64,000 nt of DNA from Alphaproteobacteria bacterium (GCA_037200005.1 JBBCGY010000001.1:42416-106415), one strand, 5' to 3'; shown: positions 17,801 to 25,843, counted from the stretch's first letter. A program made the numbers and translations. The notes: generated from the letters alone by a model not told the origin.

Positions 17801-20202
17801 CGTATGACGTGACCGACCGGATGGGTCTGGTGAAGCGTTTCGGCTACGACAATCTCGACCGGGTAACGCGGGTGGATTACGCCCCCGGCACGGCGGGCAC
17901 GACCTATGAGACGAACACCTATACCAACCTCGACCTGACATCGCACCGCGACCGGCTTGGCCGGGTTAGCACCGATGTTTACACGGCGAACCGGCAGCTG
18001 TGGCTGAGCTTCAATGCTTCGGGAACGCGGCGGGGCTTCACCTATTACCCGAACGGCGCGCTACAAGGCTACTACGACGAGAACGACCATCCTACAATCT
18101 ACGGCATCGACGGCCAGGGACGCGCCAACGCCGTCGTCTATCCCAATGGCAACCAGACGAATTACTACTACGATGATGGCGGGCGGATGCGCACCATTGT
18201 CGATCTCGACGGCTCGAACCAGCGCTGGCGGAACATTAAATATAACGTCGATAATAGCGTCCATATCCGCGACTATACCAACCCGGCAAATCCGTCCGAT
18301 CCCGTGGTTCTGGCGACGACAACCGCGACCTTCACCTACGATCCATGGTTCCCCGGACAAATGACTTCAATGGCCGATGCCAGCGGAACGACCAACTATA
18401 CATACAAAACCGTAGGCACCGTCGGCGCCTTACAACTCGCGACCGAAAATCCGCCGACGGTAAGCGGCGACGCGGATAAAATCACCTACACCTATGACCA
18501 GAAGGGACGGCTCGCCTCGCGCCAGATCGGTATCGGCACGGCGAGCGTGCTGCCGCAGGAAAGCTGGGTGCGCGACACCTATGGCCGCATTAACAGGCAC
18601 ATCATTCCCGACGGCAACCTGTTCTATTACGACTTCAACGGCGCGAGCAATCAGGTGACAATGCGCGCGTTTCGCAATCAGGCGCTGACGGAGATCGACC
18701 CGCTGAATACGCGCACGATGATGAGCTACGACACGGCGGCGAACGACTCGCGGCTGCTGACGATCAACAACCCGCCCTACGACAACAGCGCGCCCGGCGC
18801 GCGGGACTTCACCCTCAATTGGGGATCGTCGCCCGCCAATCCGTACGTTCCGGCGACGATCACCGACTCCGCTGGAGGCCCCGGCGGGGCGTGGGGACAG
18901 CGGGTGTGGACGATGGGCTATGACGCGCGCGACCGGCTGACCTCGGCGGTCGCCGCCGACCGCAGCTATTCGTTTACCCTGGACGCGCCGGGCAACGCGA
19001 CGAGCTTCACCAGCACGCACTATCCGAGCGGCGGGCTGTATAGCTTTAACTCGACCTACAACACGTCGAACCAGATGACGGTGGCGAACGGCAACGCGCT
19101 GATCTACGACCCCTACGGCAACCTCGTCACCCACACGAACTACCGCAGCTTCAAGTACGACGCCGAGAACCGCCTGATCGAGGTCGACTTCCCCGCCGCG
19201 CCCGCCGACAAGGTTGAGATGCAATATGACGGTCTTGGTCGCCGCACGCAGATCAAATCCACCATCGGCGGCGTCGTCACGACGCGGAACCTGCAATGGT
19301 GCGCCCAGACGACCTCGCCGCCGTTCCAGGGCGCGGCGGAAGAGATATGCGTCGAGCGCGACGCATCGGGCGGCATGCAGCGCATGGTCTATCCCGAGGG
19401 CGAATATCGCGCCAACGGCGGCCGGTACTTTTATGAACGCGACCAGACCGGCAACATCCGCGACGTGATGAAGATGGCGGCGGGATTGACGACCGCCGCG
19501 CGCGATAGCTCCTTCAACTACACGCCTTATGGCGGCGTCGACGGCAAAGACGGCACTGCCGAGCCGCTGCAGCAGTTCGCGGGACTGCTGTATGAGAAGA
19601 ACAGCAACCTGTTCCTCTCCCGCACCCGCGCCTATGCCCCATGGATCGGCAGATGGCTCCAGCGCGATCCGATTGGGCAGAATGGGGGGAGTAATGTTTA
19701 TGAGTATGCGGGGGCGAGTCCGATTAACAAGATTGATCCGAGCGGGTTGCAGGGGGTGCGACCTGGGTTAATAGAAACGATGCGACCTACAATAGGAGTG
19801 CCACCAGCAGCGGGGATCAACGAGGGGGCAGGAAATTACGCCGATTATCTTCAAGAAAATGGAGAAATGATGGGTGATCTAGCCACCCTTTATAGGGCCA
19901 CTAGCGCGGCGGTTGCCGGTGCGAGCAACCAATCAATGCGAGAGGATATTGAAAAAGCAAAAGTATGCACATCGTTTGGAAACAGCATGTCGGCGGATCA
20001 GCCGTTATGGTGCGGGCCTGGCGGATGCGCGGATAGCGTCAGGCAGCAGTGGCTGGATGCGACCGGCGGCTTAGTGTATCCACAAATCATCGAGTCTTTC
20101 AAAAAGAGGTTTGAACCGGCTCCCTCGCGGCTTGTGTCGACGCCGATGCGTGGCAATGACTTCGGTAATTCGGTTTTATTCCCTAATGTGGGCCCAGGTT
20201 AG
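14821..20202 (+). CDS. Rhs/YD-repeat polymorphic toxin with N-terminal HAF-type repeats and unrecognised C-terminal tip (1793 aa)
   Basis: Lipobox-like signal (SLAAVVAC). HAF-type repeats (HAFSW..., YGINDAGQIVGT, HAFLVQSGTLTDLG). Many YD repeats (YDGSGRL, YDASGVDL, YDNLDRV, YDQKGRL, YDAENRL, YDGLGRR). The core ends RWLQRDPIGQNGGSNVYEYAGASPINKIDPSGL and is followed by a 150-aa tip. Confidence 0.9.
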   Translation: MVAPAKKFHEANGELTNEAGATRPPLSRNSLWRTLRPGISVGVSLAAVVACESGEPNASNDNIVSISQAIGSATIYSLPTNVLMPNAINNQNLIVGQGLPSIYDANTGTFSSLEVNQPSGAVTSYAISNAGHVVGNSFNVGPVSNSAFISQGGHLSDLYAGNNNGVTSVAYGVNNYGQVVGTMPVTVNDANNSPHPFTHAFSWQGSVTDLTPNYYGNSAAYGINDAGQIVGTIGTAGVKWQGGSSSTLPSGTSTPAMINNVGQIVGTYSSGGSSHAFLVQSGTLTDLGAIQGSTPVRINNKGQVTGGFYNTGAGQYYPSVWQNGVVVTIPTLSGIPAGWSITSINGINDSGTVVGQGTLSGSSRGFYLTSPQLLNYAIAGKPYDPKANGGEDSASTPTDDLCGTHGMCVPNAQLLSASLNLNDTPIGYQPPKGPPAYIRLTYNHRDSVAPSSTSSHVGPNWTLNVISYIQDDPASPGQSVTRNVAGGGIVDYTFEAGQFNTTTGAFGPEKQTGAILKRTPATGFSASASYELSFPDGAKQIFSYPDGSFNYPRRAFLTDIVDASGQGLHFGYNYLQGTFGAINCTPGCPQLQSVSDANFRATNFVYGDASNVLRVTRINDPFGRHADLAYDGSGRLSSITDVIGIQSSFTYDTTDPTFIKKLTTPYGDSNFVFGQDTATDRRWLTLSDAVGNTEKVEYRGSSASGIAACDKNTSDASCSVSTSVPTGMPNGINNADLDKRNTFVWNKWMYANGYGSDYTQANVTHWLKDGAGNPVGIPESVKPLYESRIWYNYPGQNDPSTPGTLSVPRATGRVITDPLYGQAPQNQVYQSQYNSLGKPTLTVDPYKVSGNNNEGRTTRMTYDASGVDLLTVEQKTGSGTPGTWATIASYVYTDPTEQPTSIHKPIRYTDAAGQTYKFKYNGDGQLIYAANPYNDTTYNEYHPSGKLLRTTMPVPSVNWNTIDYGTDINGAPTGASNSSALRDTAITYDSADRPYDVTDRMGLVKRFGYDNLDRVTRVDYAPGTAGTTYETNTYTNLDLTSHRDRLGRVSTDVYTANRQLWLSFNASGTRRGFTYYPNGALQGYYDENDHPTIYGIDGQGRANAVVYPNGNQTNYYYDDGGRMRTIVDLDGSNQRWRNIKYNVDNSVHIRDYTNPANPSDPVVLATTTATFTYDPWFPGQMTSMADASGTTNYTYKTVGTVGALQLATENPPTVSGDADKITYTYDQKGRLASRQIGIGTASVLPQESWVRDTYGRINRHIIPDGNLFYYDFNGASNQVTMRAFRNQALTEIDPLNTRTMMSYDTAANDSRLLTINNPPYDNSAPGARDFTLNWGSSPANPYVPATITDSAGGPGGAWGQRVWTMGYDARDRLTSAVAADRSYSFTLDAPGNATSFTSTHYPSGGLYSFNSTYNTSNQMTVANGNALIYDPYGNLVTHTNYRSFKYDAENRLIEVDFPAAPADKVEMQYDGLGRRTQIKSTIGGVVTTRNLQWCAQTTSPPFQGAAEEICVERDASGGMQRMVYPEGEYRANGGRYFYERDQTGNIRDVMKMAAGLTTAARDSSFNYTPYGGVDGKDGTAEPLQQFAGLLYEKNSNLFLSRTRAYAPWIGRWLQRDPIGQNGGSNVYEYAGASPINKIDPSGLQGVRPGLIETMRPTIGVPPAAGINEGAGNYADYLQENGEMMGDLATLYRATSAAVAGASNQSMREDIEKAKVCTSFGNSMSADQPLWCGPGGCADSVRQQWLDATGGLVYPQIIESFKKRFEPAPSRLVSTPMRGNDFGNSVLFPNVGPG
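18991..19746 (+). repeat. direct repeat copy 1 (Rhs core 3' end)
   Basis: Near-identical to 21502..22257 at a constant offset of 2511 bp. There are 3 aa differences over about 250 codons. Confidence 0.9.
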
Positions 20203-20206
20203 TCCT

Positions 20207-21478
20207 ATGAAAAAGTTTACTCTATTGCTTGTCGCGCTTTGTAGTCTGACAATGTTACCGGCTCATGCCGCTGACCAAGACTCCAAACCACCCGTCATTG
20301 ATATTCCTGCCACGCGAAAAGAGGCGGAGTCTGGAGATGCTCGGGCTCAATATAATCTGGGCATAGCTTATCTCAACGGTTACGGGGTGAAGAAAAATAA
20401 AGATGAAGCTATTGAATGGATTTACAAAGCAGGGAAGAACAATGATGCCCTCGCAATATATTTCTTGGGCAGCGCATATCATGATGGCGACCTTTTGCCA
20501 CAAGACTACGCCAAGGCTATGAAGTGGTATCACAGGTCCGATGAATTATACGGCAGTCCCCTTGCGCAGAATATGCTTGGCGTGATGCACGAAAACGGTC
20601 AGGGGGCTCCACAGAATTATGAAGAAGCGGCTAGGTGGTATCGCAAAGCTGCCGAGAATATTTACGCACCGGCTCAATCCCATCTTGGATTCCTATACTA
20701 CGCTGGACGCGGCGTTCCTAAGGACGATCAAAAGGCTCTATATTGGCTTAAGAAAGCAGCCATACAAAACGATGCGCCAGCAAAGCTTATGCTAGGCATT
20801 ATGCACTATAAAGGCGAAGGAGTGGAAAAGAATTACGTTAAAGCTGTCAGCTATTTTCGCGAAGCCGCAGACGTCGGAATATCGATAGCTGAACGATATT
20901 TGGGAAATATGTATTACCACGGCGAAGGCGTTTCCAAGGATGAAGCCCAGGCTGTGTCTTGGTGGCGCAAAGCCGCCGAACAAGGGGATAGGGAGTCGGA
21001 AAAGATCATAGGTGGTATGTACTATTATGGCACAGGAGTGTCGAAGGATTTTTCCCAAGCCGTTTTATGGTGGCAAAAAGCTGCGGAAAAGGGTGATGTC
21101 GATGCTCAATGCAACTTGGCGAAAGCTTACTATCATGGAGAAGGTATAGGAAAAGATGAAACTCAAGCTGTGTTATGGTGGCGGAGGGCCGCGGCACAAG
21201 GACATGGAGAATCCCTCCTTTATTTAGGACAAGCGTATTTTAGTAGCATAGGCGTATCGCAAGATGATGTGCAGGCTTATATATGGCTAAGCTTGGCGGC
21301 TACAAGAAATCAGTCGTCAGCGGTTGCAACACTCACGGAACTCGAAAAGTCCATGACGCCGGAACAAATCGCTGAAGCCAGAAAACGCGTGGCAGAATGG
21401 AAACCCAAGCCTGAGCCAAAGCCTGCCCCAATAGGGCCAATACCCGAAATTCTAAAAGAAGTCCGTGAAGATTTATGA
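20207..21478 (+). CDS. secreted Sel1-like repeat protein (423 aa), candidate cognate immunity/partner of the Rhs tip
   Basis: Signal peptide MKKFTLLLVALCSLTMLPAHA. About 10 Sel1 repeats (AQYNLGIAYLNGYGVKKNKDEAIEWIYKA...). The start lies 5 nt after the Rhs stop. Confidence 0.8.
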   Translation: MKKFTLLLVALCSLTMLPAHAADQDSKPPVIDIPATRKEAESGDARAQYNLGIAYLNGYGVKKNKDEAIEWIYKAGKNNDALAIYFLGSAYHDGDLLPQDYAKAMKWYHRSDELYGSPLAQNMLGVMHENGQGAPQNYEEAARWYRKAAENIYAPAQSHLGFLYYAGRGVPKDDQKALYWLKKAAIQNDAPAKLMLGIMHYKGEGVEKNYVKAVSYFREAADVGISIAERYLGNMYYHGEGVSKDEAQAVSWWRKAAEQGDRESEKIIGGMYYYGTGVSKDFSQAVLWWQKAAEKGDVDAQCNLAKAYYHGEGIGKDETQAVLWWRRAAAQGHGESLLYLGQAYFSSIGVSQDDVQAYIWLSLAATRNQSSAVATLTELEKSMTPEQIAEARKRVAEWKPKPEPKPAPIGPIPEILKEVREDL

Positions 21479-22668
21479 TCTCGACTTCGAGGATGCATTT
21501 GGGCAATGCGACGAGCTTCACCAGCACGCACTATCCGAGCGGCGGGCTGTATAGCTTTAACTCGACCTACAACACGTCGAACCAGATGACGGTGGCGAAC
21601 GGCAACGCGCTGATCTACGACCCCTACGGCAACCTCGTCACCCACACGAACTACCGCAGCTTCAAGTACGACGCCGAGAATCGCCTGATCGAGGTCGACT
21701 TCCCCGCCGCGCCCGCCGACAAGGTTGAGATGCAATATGACGGTCTTGGCCGCCGCACGCAGATCAAATCCACCATCGGGGGCGTCGTCACGACGCGGAA
21801 TCTGCAATGGTGCGCCCAGACGACCTCGCCGCCGTTCCAGGGCGCGGCGGAAGAGATATGCGTCGAGCGCGACGCATCGGGCGGCATGCAGCGCATGGTC
21901 TATCCCGAGGGCGAATATCGCGCCAACGGCGACCGGTACTTTTATGAACGCGACCAGACCGGCAACATCCGCGACGTGATGAAGATGGCGGCGGGATTGA
22001 CGACCGCCGCGCGCGACAGCTCCTTCAACTACACGCCTTATGGCGGCGTCGACGGCAGAGACGGCACCGCCGAGCCGCTGCAGCAGTTCGCGGGACTGCT
22101 GTATGAGAAGAACAGCAACCTGTTCCTCTCCCGCACCCGCGCCTACGCCCCATGGATCGGCAGATGGCTCCAGCGCGATCCGATTGGGCAGAATGGCGGC
22201 GCGAATGTTTATGAATATGCGGGGGCGAGTCCGATTAACAAGATTGATCCGAGCGGGCTTCAAAGCATCCAGAATGCGGATGACTGGATAAAACAGAGAA
22301 ATGCCCCTGCTCAGCCGTCAAATAGTATTTGGAGTGAGATCCTAGATAAAATCAGAGAACCTGTGTCTAGAAATGAAGCCATTAGTGAGATTACAAATTT
22401 CCGTCAATCTGGAGAGGCCCAAACTGAAGCACAGATAGCTAGAATGCTCATGGGTTTACCCGTCGAACCTGATTTTTCTGTTGCTATAGGAGGGGCTGAA
22501 GGTGAGCAAGATCTTGGCAGAGCGATTATGTCGGTAGCGCGCGAGATTTTGCGCCGCCCTGCGGAGCAGTCGTGCCCAATAGTTCAGAGAAAAGTCTTCG
22601 GTCAATCCTTGCCACCAAGTGATTTTGGTGACAAGAATCTCCCACTGCCATCTATATTAACCCTTTAA
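21475..22668 (+). CDS. orphan Rhs C-terminal cassette (Rhs core fragment plus alternative toxin tip, 397 aa)
   Basis: The ATG overlaps the Sel1 stop (ATGA). Residues from GNATSF to DPSGL duplicate the main Rhs. They are followed by a different, AT-rich 135-aa tip. Confidence 0.8.
   Translation: MISTSRMHLGNATSFTSTHYPSGGLYSFNSTYNTSNQMTVANGNALIYDPYGNLVTHTNYRSFKYDAENRLIEVDFPAAPADKVEMQYDGLGRRTQIKSTIGGVVTTRNLQWCAQTTSPPFQGAAEEICVERDASGGMQRMVYPEGEYRANGDRYFYERDQTGNIRDVMKMAAGLTTAARDSSFNYTPYGGVDGRDGTAEPLQQFAGLLYEKNSNLFLSRTRAYAPWIGRWLQRDPIGQNGGANVYEYAGASPINKIDPSGLQSIQNADDWIKQRNAPAQPSNSIWSEILDKIREPVSRNEAISEITNFRQSGEAQTEAQIARMLMGLPVEPDFSVAIGGAEGEQDLGRAIMSVAREILRRPAEQSCPIVQRKVFGQSLPPSDFGDKNLPLPSILTL
21502..22257 (+). 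repeat. direct repeat copy 2 (orphan Rhs core fragment)
   Basis: See copy 1. Homology starts at GGCAA(C/T)GCGACGAGCTTCACC and decays right after the codons for DPSG. Confidence 0.9.
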
Positions 22669-22700
22669 AGAATATGAGTGGAATTGAGGGAGTTAATGCA

Positions 22701-23489
22701 ATGAAGAAGATAATTATTATTACGGCATTTGCTTTGATGGTCGCATCAGTTCAAGCTTATGCTGCCGTCCAGGATGAAAAAGCCGACAGTTTGTTAGGGC
22801 ATCGCCTGTCCGAACAATTACGGAAAACAGAAGCGCAGACAACTCTTGCTGCGGGAAAAGAGCTATTTAAAACAGGCGAAGGTCTTTCTAAGGATAATGT
22901 CGATGCAGTAAAGCTATTTCGCGTAGCTGCCAATCTTGGCTCGATGGAGGCACAAACAATTCTCGGCGCTGCATACCTTAGTGGCGATGGAGTGCAAAAA
23001 GATATTCCTGAAGCTTTAAAATGGATACAAAAATCTGCCGCCCAAGGAGACGCCAAGGCTCAACATTTATTGGGTGTATTGTATCATGAAGGATCAGACG
23101 TAAAAAAAGACAATGTGAAATCGTTAAAATGGATACGGAAAGCAGCGGAGCAAGGTTTGCCATCGGCACAATTTAGTCTTGGCACTATGCTTTCTAAAGG
23201 ATATGGAACACACCGAGATGAAACTTCAGCGATGGAATGGTTTCATAAATCCGCAAACCAAGGCTATGCTAAGGCCCAAATTATGCTCGGAATTGCATAT
23301 CACCTAGGTAAAGATATATCTAAAGACGATATTCTAGCTGATCAATGGCTGATATTGGCCGGGGAAAAAGAGGCACGTGATGATTTGGAAAAATCCATGA
23401 CCCCCGAACAAATCGCCGAAGCTATAAACCGCGCGGCGGAATGGAAGCCGAAACCACCAACCAAGCCCGATCCTGAATCCAAACCGTAG
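22701..23489 (+). CDS. secreted Sel1-like repeat protein (262 aa), candidate partner of the orphan tip
   Basis: SD GAGGGA. Signal peptide MKKIIIITAFALMVASVQAYA. Sel1 repeats are present. The C-terminal LEKSMTPEQIAEA...AEWKPKP tail is shared with 20207..21478. Confidence 0.8.
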   Translation: MKKIIIITAFALMVASVQAYAAVQDEKADSLLGHRLSEQLRKTEAQTTLAAGKELFKTGEGLSKDNVDAVKLFRVAANLGSMEAQTILGAAYLSGDGVQKDIPEALKWIQKSAAQGDAKAQHLLGVLYHEGSDVKKDNVKSLKWIRKAAEQGLPSAQFSLGTMLSKGYGTHRDETSAMEWFHKSANQGYAKAQIMLGIAYHLGKDISKDDILADQWLILAGEKEARDDLEKSMTPEQIAEAINRAAEWKPKPPTKPDPESKP

Positions 23490-23513
23490 CGTCTAATTTC
23501 AAGGCAAGAAGCG

Positions 23514-23882
23514 ATGAAATTTATCCGATTTTATGTCGTTGCATCTCTTGTTCTTGGAGTTTTGCAGATTGCTGACGGCATCGTTCTTGTTTCGTATGGC
23601 ACAATAGCAATTAGTAATATTTTCTCTTTGCTCGAAGCTATATGGGTTGTTGTCTCGATGATAGCGCTTTGGTTTTTCATAAAAAGCAAATTTCCAATAT
23701 TCATTCCGACGACATATATTTTATACAATGTTGCTGGCTGGGGATACGGGGCCTATTTGTTTTCACAATTGCAAAATTCTGACCAAATAATCGACGTTCC
23801 TCTTTGGTTTAAAATTGCGGGTATTTGTTTTGGCATCTATTTTGCCTGCGTAAATTTCATATTGTATAAACGAAAACTGTGA
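23514..23882 (+). CDS. small integral membrane protein (122 aa, about 4 TM)
   Basis: Four hydrophobic segments in a very AT-rich gene. The start lies 24 nt after the preceding stop. Confidence 0.6.
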   Translation: MKFIRFYVVASLVLGVLQIADGIVLVSYGTIAISNIFSLLEAIWVVVSMIALWFFIKSKFPIFIPTTYILYNVAGWGYGAYLFSQLQNSDQIIDVPLWFKIAGICFGIYFACVNFILYKRKL

Positions 23883-23999
23883 ATCATCTTCCAGCAAGCT
23901 GGGTAGCGCACTGACTTTGGCGATGAAACTAAATTGATTGATTGCCCCATGCTGGCATTAAATTGTATATTCTGAGGTACATTTTAGGGCGGCATATTT

Positions 24000-25298
24000 A
24001 TGAATCAGGCATTTAACTCCGATCCCTATAAGCGCCTGCCCGGCGGCATCCGGGCGGCGGTTTTGCCGATGCAGGGGGCCGACCTTGTGCATCAAGCCAC
24101 GCTCGGCGCGGCGCTTGAGCATATCATCGGTCATGAGGCTGCGGTTCATGAAGCGGCTTTCCAAAGCCAGCATTTTCACAAGATTTTGAAGGCAAGCGAG
24201 AAAGGCGAAATCAACGTCCTTTTTCTTATGGCCGCGATGCATACATGTTTGCCGAAATTGGCGGGCGCGGCGATTGAACTTCCGACCGTCATTACGAAAT
24301 GGCAAGGCAACGAGTTTAAGCACTATCCCGCCATCTATGGCGAAGATACATGCGTTCTGCCGGAATTCTCCAAAACCTTCCGCGAAAAGACGGCGGGCGC
24401 GCTTTATCCTAATGGCCTGGGCCTTGGCACATGGTTCGCCAAAGAACGGATCGAAGGATCGGTATCGGGCCGCTCTGGGTTCGCGCCTCTCGGCATGGTG
24501 TCCCAAGGCCGTGTTTGTGAATATTCCGGGCATAACGGGCCGATGATTGGACTCTTGAACAAATTCGGTGCAACGACTGCGCCGGACGCGAGCGCAGTCC
24601 TCGAACTCGACGGCCTCACTCCCACGATGAAAAGCCGCTGGCAAGTGCCGGTCGATACTGAAGCCTTGGCCGATCAGAACGGCAAGCCCCTCGACAATAT
24701 TTTCGTAACGAGATGGTCAGGCGAAAGCGGCAAGCAACAAATCGCCGCAAGCTTTACGAAAACCATCTCCACCTTTACCGGCGATCCTATTGTGCGCGTT
24801 CAGCTAACGAGCAACGGCAATCTTCCGAATGGCGATATGCTGCAAAATGTACTATCTTCACTGCTGGCTGCCGGTCACGACGAAATCCGCGAGCGGAAAT
24901 GGGCCATAGCAGGCGAATTAAAAAGTGTTGCTAGCAACCGAAGCCCGATCATCCCGCTCCTTGCTTCCCGGCAGCAGCAAATGGCTGCGCTTCTGTCCGC
25001 AGGGCGAGATGAAATTCTATCCCGGCGTATCGGCATGGATGATTTAAGCCATATTTTCGGCGGCGCGGTTCCGACAATGCGGATTCATGCGCTCAGGAAG
25101 CCGGAAATAGTCGCGGCCTTGAAAGACTTAGGTGCACAACCCCGTATTCTCGGCCCCCACGTCATGCTGCCCGCGATTATGGACTTCGCCAATATGCCGC
25201 AGGAGGCGCTTAATTTCGATCTGCCCCCGGCGAGGCCGCTGAATACGGTCAATCATAGAGGCGCAACCAGCACGCCGCTTTTCTCTCTGGCGGCATAA
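24000..25298 (+). CDS. protein of unrecognised family (432 aa), paralog of 11773..12903
   Basis: Collinear similarity to the 376-aa protein over its whole length. It has an extra ~50-aa segment that duplicates the LL[AS]AG[HR]DEI..R motif. Confidence 0.7.
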   Translation: MNQAFNSDPYKRLPGGIRAAVLPMQGADLVHQATLGAALEHIIGHEAAVHEAAFQSQHFHKILKASEKGEINVLFLMAAMHTCLPKLAGAAIELPTVITKWQGNEFKHYPAIYGEDTCVLPEFSKTFREKTAGALYPNGLGLGTWFAKERIEGSVSGRSGFAPLGMVSQGRVCEYSGHNGPMIGLLNKFGATTAPDASAVLELDGLTPTMKSRWQVPVDTEALADQNGKPLDNIFVTRWSGESGKQQIAASFTKTISTFTGDPIVRVQLTSNGNLPNGDMLQNVLSSLLAAGHDEIRERKWAIAGELKSVASNRSPIIPLLASRQQQMAALLSAGRDEILSRRIGMDDLSHIFGGAVPTMRIHALRKPEIVAALKDLGAQPRILGPHVMLPAIMDFANMPQEALNFDLPPARPLNTVNHRGATSTPLFSLAA

Positions 25299-25524
25299 CC
25301 ACCTCTTGATCTAAATTCCAACAATAGATCGACTTTCCGCGAGGGCGCGGAAAGCGGTTCCCGCCGCCGTTCTGCCGCGTAAAGAACGCGGCGCGGTGGC
25401 TCGCTACGCGCTGCGCCGACAAGAGCGGCTTACGCTTTCGCGCCCCCAAGCGGGCGCATTTGCTTACCGGCATGAGTGAGCGCGGCCAGCACCACTCTCT
25501 ATTTCCAACCGCCTTTTTCTAACC

Positions 25525-25551
25525 CCCTCTTTCGCCGAAAGAGGGTTTTTT
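25525..25551 (+). terminator. rho-independent terminator
   Basis: CCCTCTTTCG / CGAAAGAGGG stem followed by T6. It lies 34 nt upstream of the xis-like start. Confidence 0.7.
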
Positions 25552-25584
25552 CATTTCAACCACAGCATAACAAGGGAGGAAGAT

Positions 25585-25776
25585 ATGAGCCAGGAAGCAT
25601 ATCGCGTGAAAGAATTCTGCAACCGCTACGCCATTTCAAAAGCCAGCTTCTACCGGGAAACAGCGGCGAAGCGGCTGCATATCCTAAAACGTGGCCGTAC
25701 AACGCTCGTTGCCCGCACCGAAGCCGAACGCTGGTTTGAAAGCCTTGGCCAAGGCCAGCCGCAGCAATCAGCCTGA
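25585..25776 (+). CDS. excisionase/AlpA-like small HTH DNA-binding protein (63 aa)
   Basis: SD AGGGAGGA. The pattern YRVKEFCNRYAISKASFYR...RWF resembles MerR-superfamily excisionases. It lies immediately upstream of the integrase. Confidence 0.65.
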   Translation: MSQEAYRVKEFCNRYAISKASFYRETAAKRLHILKRGRTTLVARTEAERWFESLGQGQPQQSA

Positions 25777-25843
25777 TCGCATTCAATATCCCGAATATTT
25801 CCAAAGCCATTTTTCGTCAATCTTATTCTCATGGAGGCATGTC

